Positions 1-9,709 of a DNA stretch of 64,000 bases are shown piece after piece. The notes below the pieces were generated by a model. The model ran no database searches, was not told the origin of the DNA, and saw nothing but the letters and a program-made list of their open reading frames with translations. Source of the DNA: an uncultured Chloroflexia bacterium. Lineage in GTDB: Bacteria > Chloroflexota > Anaerolineae > CG2-30-64-16. Within the stretch, counting starts at the first letter, position 1. Every line of letters starts with the position of its first letter. The position numbers were made by a program, and so were the translations under genes. Location: assembly GCA_963774265.1 (NCBI GenBank), contig CAVZDU010000003.1, positions 256,001 through 320,000 on the forward strand, in the 5' to 3' direction.

Positions 1-761
1 TGGAACACCCCTGGCATTCGTTCCACGGCCTCGAGCGCGGGGATCAGGCGGTCCACCACCAGGTTCCAGGCCGGTCCGGGCAAGGTGTCACGCTTGAGCG
101 CGGATGGGGTGTCCATGGCCAGGAGTCTGCCTGCGCTCATGATGCCCAGGCGGCCGCAATATTCAGCTTCGTCCATGAAATGCGTGCTCACGAAAACGGT
201 GGCGCCGGCCTGCGCCAGCTCGTCGATCGTATCCCAGAAGACGCGCCGTGCCACCGGATCCACGCCGCTGGTCGGCTCATCCAGGAAGAGCAGCCGCGGC
301 TGGTGGACCAGGGCAATGGCCAATGCCAGGCGCTGGCGCCAGCCGCCGGAAACCTGCCCTGCCCGCTCGTTCTGCCTGCCGTTGAGCCCCACCAGTTCCA
401 GGACTTCCTGCTGGCGCCGGCGCTGATCCGCGGCGGAGAGTCCATAGATGCCGGCATAAAACGCCAGGTTCTCGGCCATGGTCAGCTCGTCGTACAGCGC
501 GAACTTCTGGCTCATGTAGCCTACCAGCGGGCGGATGGCCTCGGTCTGGCGGACGACATCGAACCCCAGCACCTCGGCGCGGCCGGCGGTTGGGCGCAGC
601 AGACCCAATAGCATGCGGATAGTGGTGGTTTTGCCCGAGCCGTTGGGGCCCAGGTAGCCCACCACCTCACCGGCCTGCACCTCGAACGAGACATCCTCGA
701 CCGCAGTGAAGTCGCCGAACCGCTTGGTCAGCCCATCGGCCAGCACGGCCAGGTCAGCCAC
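1..761 (-). CDS. ABC transporter ATP-binding protein (drug-exporter type), partial at window edge, frameshifted
   Basis: Minus-strand read from GTG at 761 (GGAGGTGA upstream) gives MADLAVLADGLTKRFGDFTAVEDVSFEVQAGEVVGYLGPNGSGKTT (Walker A), later GYMSQKFALY and LFLDEPTSGVDP (Walker B); frame breaks near 420 and 355. Confidence 0.85.
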   Translation of the reverse strand, partial: MADLAVLADGLTKRFGDFTAVEDVSFEVQAGEVVGYLGPNGSGKTTTIRMLLGLLRPTAGRAEVLGFDVVRQTEAIRPLVGYMSQKFALYDELTMAENLAFYAGIYGLSAADQRRRQQEVLELVGLNGRQNERAGQVSGGWRQRLALAIALVHQPRLLFLDEPTSGVDPVARRVFWDTIDELAQAGATVFVSTHFMDEAEYCGRLGIMSAGRLLAMDTPSALKRDTLPGPAWNLVVDRLIPALEAVERMPGVF

Positions 762-1750
762 GCGTCACCTCCGGCCCCGCGCCTTGCAATGTGGAGATGA
801 AGACGTCTTCCAGCGATGGCGCGATGGGTCTGCAAGCCATGCACCCGAACGCCCGCATCCTCAAGCGCGCGCAACAGACGCTTGCTAATCTTATCTTCCG
901 GCCAGCCAGCTCGCGCCCCCACGTCCTCCTGCACCCTGATATCGCCCTCCGTGCTCTCTGTCAATCGCAGATGCAGCAACTCGCCAAAGGTGGCGACATC
1001 CTCCACCTCAGGATCGGCCTGGCAGACCTGGCGCGCCAGGCCCTTGGGTTCGGCCTTCAATTCAAAGATGCGGCCGACCAGCGGAGTCACCAGCTCGCGC
1101 GGTGAACCGGTCGTGAGCAGGCGGCCGGCGACCATGAAGCCCAGGCGGCTGCAGCGAACCGCCTCGTCCATGTAGGGCGTGCTCACCACCACCCCCGCGC
1201 CTTCGGCCAACAGGCGGATGATCAACTGCCAGAAGTCCTGCCGCGTGACCGGGTCCACGCCGCCTGTAGGCTCGTCCAACAGGAGAAGCGGCGGGCGATG
1301 AATCAGGGCGCAGGCCAGCCCCAGCTTCTGCTTCATTCCGCCAGAAAGTGCACTGGCCAGCCGGTCCGCAAATCCGGCCAGCCCCACAAAACCCAGAAGC
1401 TCCCGCACGCGGCCGGGCAGGATCTTGCGGTCGATGCCCCGGACTGAACCGAAGAAGGTCAGATTCTCGTGGACCGTCAGATCGCCGTAGAGCGAGAAGC
1501 GCTGGGGCAGGTAACCGATTGCGGACCGGGCTTTTTCAGCGTGCCGGGCCAGGTCGTGCCCAACGATGGTCACATGGCCGCGCTCCAGGCTAAGTGCGCC
1601 GACCATCAGGCGTATGGCCGTGGTTTTGCCCGCGCCGTCGGGCCCGACCAGCCCATAGGCTTCGCCCGGCTCGACAATCAGCGAGATGCCGTCTACTGCG
1701 GTCAGGTTGCCAAAGTGCTTGGTCAGGCCGGTCGCTTCCAGGAGGGCCAT
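728..1750 (-). CDS. ABC transporter ATP-binding protein
   Basis: GPDGAGKTT, LSGGMKQKL and LLLDEPTGGVD motifs; C-terminus probably frameshifted. Confidence 0.9.
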   Translation of the reverse strand: MALLEATGLTKHFGNLTAVDGISLIVEPGEAYGLVGPDGAGKTTAIRLMVGALSLERGHVTIVGHDLARHAEKARSAIGYLPQRFSLYGDLTVHENLTFFGSVRGIDRKILPGRVRELLGFVGLAGFADRLASALSGGMKQKLGLACALIHRPPLLLLDEPTGGVDPVTRQDFWQLIIRLLAEGAGVVVSTPYMDEAVRCSRLGFMVAGRLLTTGSPRELVTPLVGRIFELKAEPKGLARQVCQADPEVEDVATFGELLHLRLTESTEGDIRVQEDVGARAGWPEDKISKRLLRALEDAGVRVHGLQTHRAIAGRRLHLHIARRGAGGDAWLTWPCWPMG

Positions 1751-1756
1751 CGACGC

Positions 1757-3136
1757 CTACTTTCCGAACACGATATCCGCGGGCATGCCCGGCTTGAGCT
1801 CCCCGTCCGGATTCTCGACTGCCACCTTGACCGCAAAGACCACCGCGCGACGCCCCGCAGGGGTCTGGACGTTGCGCGGGGTGTACTCGCCTTTGTCTGC
1901 GATTCGCTGCACCGTTCCGGCGAAGACACGGTCCGGGAACGAATCAACGGTCACCTGGGTTGCCTGGCCGACCTTGATTGTCCCATACCGGTCCTCGGGA
2001 AGGTACACCGTGACGGTCAAATGCTGGAGGTCGCCCAGGACGAGCAGCGCACCGCCCGGCAGCGCCACTTCGCCCGGCTCAACGGACCGGCTGAGGATGA
2101 TCCCGTCGATCGACGCCTTGATCGTCATACGGGCCAACTGCTCGTCACTGACATCCAGGCCTGCTTGGGCGGCGGCCACCTGGCCTCGCGCCGCCTCAGT
2201 TTGCGCCTGGACTGCCGCGACCTGGGCCTCGGCGACCCTGACTTGTTCCGGCCGAGCGCCGGCTCGCAGCAACGCCAGGCGGGCCTCCTCGGCGCGCAGC
2301 CCCGCGCCCGCGCTGGCCAGGGAAGCTTCGGTCTGGCTGACCGCGGCCGAAGCCTGAATGATGCCGGCCTGGGCCTGTTCGACGCCAGCGCGCACCTGGT
2401 CCAACTCCGGCGTCGTCGCGCCCTTCACCAGCGCGTCGTAACTGGCTTGTGCAGCTTGCAGCGCCAGTGTGGCGCGTTCCAGTGCCAGCGCTTGCGGCAT
2501 CGCTCCCGCGTCGACCCGGTCCCTGATCTTGTCGTAGTCGGCCTGGGCCAGGCGAACAGCCGCAGCGGCCTGCTGGACCTGTACGAGCGCCTGCTCGATC
2601 ACTTCCGCGCGAGGGCCGCCCTTGACCTGGGCGTATTTCGCAACTGCCTGGCCGCGCAGGGCTTGCGAGGCTTGTAAGGCGCCGCGGGCCTGCTCCAGTT
2701 GCGCCTGCGCGATGTCGACGCGGGCTAGTGCCGCGGCCACAGCTTCTTCTTCGGCCCGGATCTCCTGAACCCGCGCACCCGCGCGCACCTGGTCCAGCTG
2801 GGCCTGGGCGGCTGCGGTGTTGGCCTCGGCTGCGGCCAACGTGCCCTGGGCCGCGGCAAGCGCCGCCTCAGCCTGTTTGCGCTGTGCCAGAAGTAAGGCT
2901 GTGTCGAACGCCACCAGCTCCTGCCCGGCCCGGACGGCGTCGCCTTCGCCGGCATTGACTGTGATGACGCGGCCCGAGCTTTCGGCGGAGACCGTCACCT
3001 CCGTTGCTTCGATGGTCCCCGAGACGGTGTCGGCCCCGTTGCCGGCTGCGTTGCGCCCCTGCCACCACCAATACCCGGCTCCCGCCAGCGCCACGATGAG
3101 CAGTATTGGTAATATCCGGCGAATGGTGCCATGCAT
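1757..3136 (-). CDS. HlyD-family membrane fusion/periplasmic adaptor protein (YbhG-like)
   Basis: N-terminal TM (MHGTIRRILPILLIVALAGAGYWWW), SGTIEATEV, long coiled coil, EYTPRNVQT and LKPGMPAD motifs. Confidence 0.9.
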   Translation of the reverse strand: MHGTIRRILPILLIVALAGAGYWWWQGRNAAGNGADTVSGTIEATEVTVSAESSGRVITVNAGEGDAVRAGQELVAFDTALLLAQRKQAEAALAAAQGTLAAAEANTAAAQAQLDQVRAGARVQEIRAEEEAVAAALARVDIAQAQLEQARGALQASQALRGQAVAKYAQVKGGPRAEVIEQALVQVQQAAAAVRLAQADYDKIRDRVDAGAMPQALALERATLALQAAQASYDALVKGATTPELDQVRAGVEQAQAGIIQASAAVSQTEASLASAGAGLRAEEARLALLRAGARPEQVRVAEAQVAAVQAQTEAARGQVAAAQAGLDVSDEQLARMTIKASIDGIILSRSVEPGEVALPGGALLVLGDLQHLTVTVYLPEDRYGTIKVGQATQVTVDSFPDRVFAGTVQRIADKGEYTPRNVQTPAGRRAVVFAVKVAVENPDGELKPGMPADIVFGK

Positions 3137-3168
3137 ATCGTTCTCCTTGGTTCGATGATCCGGCGTGC

Positions 3169-4302
3169 TCAGTCCAGCCGCTTGCGGAACCGCAAGGCCG
3201 CGCTGCCCATGATGACGACGGCAAAAATGCCTAACGCGATAACCTGATCCCACAGCACATCGATGGCCACCCCCTTGAGCATGATGCCGCGCGTGATGAT
3301 CAGGAAGTAGCGCAACGGAATGACGTGGCTGAAAGCCTGCAAGTACCAGGGCATTCCCGCGAGCGGGAAGAAGAAGCCGGAAAGAAAGATCGCGGGCAAC
3401 AAGAAGAACATGCTGGTCAGCATGGCTTCTTGCTGCGTGTTGGCCAGGGTCGAGACGAACAGCCCCAGGCCTAGTGTCGATACCAGGAACAGGCCAGACA
3501 GCAAGAGCAGCAGGGGCAGGCTGCCGTTGATGGGCACGCCGAACATCAGCACTCCGGCGCCGATGATCTCGGCCATGTCGATCATGGCGATCAGCACATA
3601 GGGGGTCAGCTTGCCCACCACCAGTTCGACTGACCTCAGCGGCGTGACGATGAGCTGTTCGATTGTGCCGCGTTCGCGCTCGCGTACGATGGACGTGGAA
3701 GTCAGCAGGGTGGTCATCATCATCAGGATCAGGCCGATCAGGGCCGGGATCATGTAATAGGAGGAGAGCAGGTCGGGGTTATACCAGACCTGAGTGCGCA
3801 CCTCTACGGGCATCTGTGTCACCGCAGACTGGCCGCGGCTGGCTGCGCGCTCGACGATCAGGTTCGTGGCCTTGGTCTGGCCGATCATGGTGGCCGCCGA
3901 GAGCGCAGTGTTGGCGATCGCAGGGTCCGAACCGTCGACAATCATGGCTACCTGCGCGGTCTGGCCGCCTGCGATCCGGGTCGAGTAATCGGGCGGGATG
4001 ATCAGTCCCGCGCGGGCCTGGCCGCCGTCGATCAACCGGCGCAGTTCGTCTTCACTGTCGACATCATAATCCAGGTGGAAATAGTCGGCCGCCCGGTAGG
4101 CATCCAGCAGCTGGCGGGAGGCCCAGGAGCGATCCTGATCCCATACGGCCAGCGGCACGTTGCGGACATCGTTGGTCGCCGCGTAGCCGAGCAGGAAGAT
4201 CTGCATCACAGGCATGATGAAGGTGATGCCCAGGGTGCGGGGGTCACGCACGATCTGGATGAATTCCTTGCGGATCAACGAAAGCAGGCGGCGGAAATTC
4301 AT
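3169..4302 (-). CDS. ABC-2 type transporter permease
   Basis: KEFIQIVRDPRT, WYNPDL, RERERGTIEQLIVTP and LSGFFFP motifs; multiple TM segments. Confidence 0.92.
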   Translation of the reverse strand: MNFRRLLSLIRKEFIQIVRDPRTLGITFIMPVMQIFLLGYAATNDVRNVPLAVWDQDRSWASRQLLDAYRAADYFHLDYDVDSEDELRRLIDGGQARAGLIIPPDYSTRIAGGQTAQVAMIVDGSDPAIANTALSAATMIGQTKATNLIVERAASRGQSAVTQMPVEVRTQVWYNPDLLSSYYMIPALIGLILMMMTTLLTSTSIVRERERGTIEQLIVTPLRSVELVVGKLTPYVLIAMIDMAEIIGAGVLMFGVPINGSLPLLLLLSGLFLVSTLGLGLFVSTLANTQQEAMLTSMFFLLPAIFLSGFFFPLAGMPWYLQAFSHVIPLRYFLIITRGIMLKGVAIDVLWDQVIALGIFAVVIMGSAALRFRKRLD

Positions 4303-4952
4303 GTGCCCGCAGCTCCTTCTCTGTTTTCATGCGGCGATCTCAGCACACCGTGCAGAAAGACGTCCACCAGCGCCTCTGACCAGTCGATACCGGAAAATTG
4401 GGGAATTCGATCCGTCTTGACCACCCGCTGAGTCAGCATGAAGCCGGAGAGCAGGCTGACCAGCGTCCGGAGGAACACCAGGAAGGGGATATCTCGCAGC
4501 CGGGCGTGGCCAGCCGCGGCGTCCAGCGCGACCAGCCGCTGATACCACACGTGCGCCTGGGGCAATATCTGGGGCAGAAAAGCGGCCACCGCCGCGCCAT
4601 CGCGTTCCTGGGCGTCGATCAGGGCCAGCTGAAGATAATCCTGATGGTCGGTGATGAATCCCAGCGAAGCTCGAAACATCTGGCGCACCAGATCCTCCGG
4701 CGTATCGGCTTCCATTCTGCTGAACAGGGCGAACAACTGGTCATAGGGCGCGGCATCTAGTAGCAGAGTGGTGAAGAGCTTATCCTTGCTGGGATAATGG
4801 TTGTAGATGGCAGCCGGGGTGATGCCCACCTCTTGGGCGATCTGGCGCATGGGCGTGGCGGTGAAGCCCTGGCTTAGGAACAGCCTCTTGGCCGCGGCCA
4901 GGATGTCCTGGCGGGTCTGCTCTCCCCTCGTGATCTGTGGCTCTTCCACGAC
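4299..4952 (-). CDS. TetR/AcrR family transcriptional regulator
   Basis: TRQDILAAAKRLFLSQGFTATPMRQIAQEVGITPAAIYNHYPSKDKL HTH; likely start is GTG near 4949-4952, not the ORF-track start at 5057. Confidence 0.9.
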   Translation of the reverse strand, partial: VVEEPQITRGEQTRQDILAAAKRLFLSQGFTATPMRQIAQEVGITPAAIYNHYPSKDKLFTTLLLDAAPYDQLFALFSRMEADTPEDLVRQMFRASLGFITDHQDYLQLALIDAQERDGAAVAAFLPQILPQAHVWYQRLVALDAAAGHARLRDIPFLVFLRTLVSLLSGFMLTQRVVKTDRIPQFSGIDWSEALVDVFLHGVLRSPHENREGAAGT

Positions 4953-4960
4953 GCGCTCCC

Positions 4961-5011
4961 ATATAAACGAACGTTCAGTTATATTCTCGCGCAAGGGGTG
5001 AACCTTGTCAA
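4961..5011 (-). promoter_or_regulatory. Sigma70-like promoter with overlapping TetR operator palindrome
   Basis: Minus strand TTGACA (5011-5006), 17 bp, GAGAAT (4988-4983); imperfect 24-bp palindrome ATATAAacGAACGTTCagTTATAT at 4961-4984, just upstream of tetR. Confidence 0.7.
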
Positions 5012-5224
5012 GTAGGCCACGCGACTGCAACGTGGCTTCGCCCGTTGCATTCACCATGAATTTTCTTTTGAGGTTGTTTTATGGTAACATTCGCGCCAGA
5101 CAACACAAAGCCCCGTACGGTCTGAACACCGCCGGGACTGCGACCAGAGGAGACGCGTCTCGGACACCCTGGTAAGGCGGTTCTGCACTCGTATGGAACG
5201 ATTTGGATTTGCTGGAGGTTATCG

Positions 5225-6559
5225 ATGCTCGATGAAAGCCAGCAGAGCAGCCTGGCATCGTGGGTCAACAAGAACAGCAAGCGATTGAATGATAGCGTGG
5301 CACGGGCGCGGTCTCAGGCCGATTTCCGCGCCGTGCTGGCAGAAGCCACGGCATACTTCGATCAACTGCGTTCCGAGCGTGATACCCATGCCGAGGCGCT
5401 TGCCGATATCCTTCAGCGCCTCGAGCAAGGCCCTTCGAGCCAACAACAAGCGGCAACCTGGGCGAGGACCGAAACTGAGCTTCGGCAAGACGCCGAGATA
5501 CAGAAACAGGTCATTGGGGAATTTGACCGACACATCGATGCGTGTGAGGCCTTAATCGCGTGGGTGGAGGGGGAGCTCGCGCCAGTCGCGATGGTCGGCG
5601 CAGCAGCCCCCGCCGTACCATCTGCCACACGCCAACCCTTTTTGGCGTCGAAGACGAGGTGGGCGCTGGCAGTCGCGTTGGGCATCGTCGGCATTCTGGT
5701 GGCTGTCGGACTGCTTCTCCCATCCCTGAAGGAGGCACGATCGGCTTCGGGAGCGCAAGCTGTCGCAACAGCGGTCAAGCCAGTAGTGACCCAGCCCGCG
5801 CAAGCACTGTTACCCAGCGCCAAGACGCCGACCCGTGAACAAGGAGTGCCCGGCAGCGCTGCTGATTCCCTGGCGACTCCAACCTCAGCCGCCGCAACTG
5901 CTGAGCTCGCTAAAGCGGCCGAGCCTTCCCCCAGGGCCTCGGAAACGGCGACAGCGCGCCCGACGTCGACAAGGACGCCATCACCGGCGTCCACTGCGAC
6001 ACCCACGGCGACCCGGATGTTACAGCCCTCGCCGACGCCCACCGCCACCCGAACGTTGCAGCCCTCGCCGACGTCACTTCCCTCAACCACGGGTACGCCG
6101 GGCCGGACGCCCACCTTGCAGGTGGTCAGCCCCACTGTCAGGGTAGCTACATCGGTGCCGTCCAGAGCGTCATCGACGCCGATAAGCCCTAGCGCGGCAA
6201 TCCTGCTCGAACCGCATCCCAATGAGACACTGAGTGGCAACGTGAAATTCGCGTGGCAGCCTGTCGGACCGCTTCCGTCGGGCGCCGCGTACGAAGTTGT
6301 GTGGTGGAACACAGATGAGGACTCCACTAACGCACGTGGGATCGCGGCAACGACTACAGAAACATCCCTGACTGCAAACCTGGATTATCTCTATTCGTCT
6401 GGGCAAGCCCGCAGTAAGGATTTCTACTGGACTGTGATCGTCGTCCAGACAACGCCATATGCCAGACTGACCCAACCCGCACAGAGCGGCCCGCAGCTCC
6501 TCACGTACGCCTCGTCCGCAGGAGGAGCACCATCGCCGCCTACGAATCCCTTGGACTAG
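5225..6559 (+). CDS. Hypothetical membrane-anchored protein (N-terminal helical domain, TM, Ser/Thr/Pro linker, C-terminal beta domain)
   Basis: 444-aa ORF; TM WALAVALGIVGILVAVGLLL; PSPTPTATRT repeats; C-terminal domain with FAWQP/YEVVWW/FYWTV. Confidence 0.7.
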   Translation: MLDESQQSSLASWVNKNSKRLNDSVARARSQADFRAVLAEATAYFDQLRSERDTHAEALADILQRLEQGPSSQQQAATWARTETELRQDAEIQKQVIGEFDRHIDACEALIAWVEGELAPVAMVGAAAPAVPSATRQPFLASKTRWALAVALGIVGILVAVGLLLPSLKEARSASGAQAVATAVKPVVTQPAQALLPSAKTPTREQGVPGSAADSLATPTSAAATAELAKAAEPSPRASETATARPTSTRTPSPASTATPTATRMLQPSPTPTATRTLQPSPTSLPSTTGTPGRTPTLQVVSPTVRVATSVPSRASSTPISPSAAILLEPHPNETLSGNVKFAWQPVGPLPSGAAYEVVWWNTDEDSTNARGIAATTTETSLTANLDYLYSSGQARSKDFYWTVIVVQTTPYARLTQPAQSGPQLLTYASSAGGAPSPPTNPLD

Positions 6560-6654
6560 TAGAGAAGGCTCGGGGCGGATTTGTTCGACGGGTCGGCTGT
6601 GAGGCGAGCAACGGCCTGAGCGACTGCTCAGTTGTATTTGTTTGGAGTGCTGAG

Positions 6655-8708
6655 ATGCAGGAAAAAGCAACGCAGAGGAATCTGCGGCTCATGATTGTGC
6701 GATTGCTGCTAATTGCTAGTTTGATTCAGTGCGGCTCGGCCGGATTTCACTCTTCGTTGGCTGCATCGGCGGAAACCACGGGTTCGATCGAGCGCGCCTG
6801 GGAGCGCGTGGCTCAGACCGGCCAGATGGTCAGATCGTTGGCAGCGTCACTTGCCGATCCTAACCTGTCTTCGCGGCTGTTTACGATCCGGACAGCGGTG
6901 ATCCGGACGGCGGAGGTGTGTATCGCAGCCGTGATGGCGGGCGTTCCTGGGAGACCAGCCCTTTGTTCGGCAACAACGGGCTAGCCTACCTGGGGGTTCA
7001 AACCATCGCGGTGTGCCCATCGGGCCAGGTGTTTGCCGGCACCTGGGGTGGCGGCGTGTATCGCGCTGAAGCTGCTTCATGGAAGCCGGTCAACGGCGGC
7101 AATGATGATCTGTATACCACGGCTCTGAACTGCGACAGCCTGGGCCGGCTTTTTGTGGGCACCGCGAGCACAGGCGTGTTCAGGTCCGTCAACGCTGGCG
7201 ATTCCTGGAGCGCCGTGAACGCCGGGCTGACCAATCAAACTATCCTGACAATCCGCTCCCTGGACACCAAGGTCTTTGTCGGCACTGGAGACGGCGCTTT
7301 CAATTCCACCGACGGCGGGAACAGTTGGAATGCCTCTGCCCTTCAGGGTCAGCGGGTCTTCGATTTCGAGTTTGATCCGACAAATCCGCAGAGAGTGTGG
7401 GCCGCAACGACGACCGCAGGTGTTTTCACCAGCTGGGATGGTGGCGCAACCTGGAGCCCTGTTGGCGCCCCCCTGGAAGCCTATTCGGTTGCCCGCGATG
7501 TCGACGGCAAGCTCTACGCTGGAACCCGGTCAAACGGGGTCTACCGCTTCATCGGTGGGCAGTGGGTGTCTCAGCAGATGGCTGCTGCAAGGGTTTACTA
7601 CTTGCGTTCCTTCGGCAATCTGAGGCCACGGATCGTTGCTGGAACCAACGATGGCATCTGGGCGCCACCCATGCCCCAAGTGCATGTCAGCCTACGCAAC
7701 GATCCCAGGACGATGGTGTCCAACGGCGCACAGCTTACCTACTATTTTGATTACTGGGGTGACGGAGTCGGCATTGTTTCGAATGTCAACGTCACAAACA
7801 TCATTCCCGCGGGCACAGTCCTCATACTGGGCTCGATCACACCGGCCGACAACAGCTCAGTGACGGGTCGCCAGGTCTCGTGGCACTTTGACAGCTTGGA
7901 CCCCGACACCCATCGCGGCACCCTCTCGTACCGTGTACAGACATGTGTGGCGATTAGCGCTCAAGTTACTCCGTCCGGTGCAGGGAGCATCTCTTTGCCG
8001 CCCCCCAACTGCCCTGGCAGCAATCGGTATATACCGGGCGTCGCACTGGAAATCGCGACATCTATCAACAGCGGCCACATCTTTCGGAACTGGACCGCGA
8101 CGCCAGGGAATTTCGGCGACGCAAATCTCACACACACCACGTTCATCCCCGGCAACGCCGACACAATACTGACCGCGCAGTTCGACGCCTGGACTCCAAC
8201 GCCGACCAACACACCGACCGAGACGCCGACCGAGACGCCGACAAGCACGCCGACCGAGACGCCGACTAGCACGCCGACCGAGACGCCGACGTCAACCATC
8301 ACGCCGACGCCAACCGATACGCCGGTAGAGGCGCCGACTAACACGCCGACGCCAACCCGAACCCCAACGCCATCCAGAACGCCGTTTCAGCCGCCATTTA
8401 TAACCCGGACCGCGACACCCACCGAGACGCCGGCACCGACCGCGACACCCACCGAGACGCTGGTACCGCTCGATGCGCGCTCTGGCAGGCTGAGTGCGCC
8501 TGCCGGCATGCCGCCACTGCCGGCGGACCAGACCCAGCGAACACTGGCTCAGGAGGGCATGCTCGGCGCAATGGCCGTAATGTCAGCGAGCCCTGTCATC
8601 AACAACGGGGCGACCGTGACGTGGCAGTATGGCGGGATTCAGTACAATGCTATTTCGAATTCGACCGTCAATGGCCTTTGGATCTTCCTACCGATCATCT
8701 TGAGATGA
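6655..8708 (+). CDS. Secreted BNR/Asp-box beta-propeller protein with DUF11-like domain, PT-rich linker and C-terminal FLPIILR motif (frameshift near 6890)
   Basis: Signal-like N-terminus in ORF 6655; repeated Asp-boxes ([37 protein letters not shown]); [12 protein letters not shown]; TPTETPT repeats. Confidence 0.75.
8193..8460 (+). repeat. Coding Thr-Pro tandem repeats (12/24-bp units)
   Basis: ACGCCGACCGAG-like units encoding [15 protein letters not shown]. Confidence 0.85.
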
Positions 8709-8717
8709 TCCACGCAC

Positions 8718-8905
8718 AAGGCCTCCGAAACCGCACGGTCGAAACCGCACGGTCGAAACCGCACGGTCGAAACCGCACGGTCGAAACCGCACGGTCGAAA
8801 CCGCACGGTCGAAACCGCACGGTCGAAACCGCACGGTCGAAACCGCACGGTCGAAACCGCACGGTCGAAACCGCACGGTCGAAACCGCACGGTCCCGGAG
8901 GCCTT
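8718..8905. terminator. Inverted repeat between convergent genes whose loop holds a tandem array
   Basis: AAGGCCTCCG (8718-8727) pairs with CGGAGGCCTT (8896-8905). Confidence 0.6.
8727..8894. repeat. Perfect 14-bp tandem repeat x12 (GAAACCGCACGGTC)
   Basis: Twelve identical contiguous units with no spacers. Confidence 0.97.
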
Positions 8906-8929
8906 TATCGCTTCGCAAGCGAATCCAGG

Positions 8930-9703
8930 TTACTTAACCCCGTCGAGCCCCAACTGCTGCCGGCGATAGAGCTCATCCGGACGGGTGTGGATGCGCGCCA
9001 CGTCGTGCTCCGACATGAAGCGCGGCCCGCCCGCGGCAAATGTGCCTAACAGGATGCGTGCGGCCTTGACCGCCATTGCCGTGACGTCGAGCACATGCTG
9101 CGGACTCTTGCCCAGCACGATCAGGCCGTGGTTCTGGATCAGGATCACCTTGGGCTGTTCGCCGTACTGATCCATGTAGCGCTGGACGCGTGCCCACACC
9201 TCGACCGCCAACGGCACGCCCGGATCGGTGTAGCGAACCAACACCGGCGCCGGCCCGCACAGCACGATCTCATCCGGGAAGAGCCGGCCTGCGTACGCCT
9301 GCTCGAAGCCCACGGAGCAGGTGAGCATGTTCACCGCGGTGGCGTGCGTGTGGCCGATGAAGTTGATCCCCGGTAACTGTAGACATAACGCGTGCAGCAG
9401 CGTCTCCACGGAAGGATGGCCAGGCGCCGCCCCATCCACCTTGGCGGCAGCCAACCCCGCCTTCACGTCGGCATCTGTAAGGTTTTCACGCTTGACCAGG
9501 CCGAGGGCGCGGTCGAATGACACCTCCACGAACCCAGCGGCTGTGATGGTGCGCAGCTCGGTGCCGCTGGCCTTCACCCAGAAGGTCGCGTCGTCGACCC
9601 GGGCCGAGGTGTTGCCCTCTCCCAGGATCACATAATCCAGCTCCGGCCGCCCGAGGGTGTTCGACAGGGCGACCAGTTGCTCCAAAACGGTTTGCTCGGA
9701 CAT
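8930..9703 (-). CDS. Class II aldolase/adducin family protein (RhaD-N-like)
   Basis: MSEQTVLEQL...GEGNTSARVDD, WVKASG, PSVETLLH, GHTH, IQNHGL motifs. Confidence 0.85.
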   Translation of the reverse strand: MSEQTVLEQLVALSNTLGRPELDYVILGEGNTSARVDDATFWVKASGTELRTITAAGFVEVSFDRALGLVKRENLTDADVKAGLAAAKVDGAAPGHPSVETLLHALCLQLPGINFIGHTHATAVNMLTCSVGFEQAYAGRLFPDEIVLCGPAPVLVRYTDPGVPLAVEVWARVQRYMDQYGEQPKVILIQNHGLIVLGKSPQHVLDVTAMAVKAARILLGTFAAGGPRFMSEHDVARIHTRPDELYRRQQLGLDGVK

Positions 9704-9709
9704 ATTTGC

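Noticed and set aside
8727-8894. CRISPR array
   Set aside because: Units are 14 bp, contiguous and have no spacers, and there are no cas genes in the window.
8621-9049. Repeat-peptide ORFs (RNRTVETARSKPHG and antisense equivalents)
   Set aside because: Translations of the non-coding 14-bp array.
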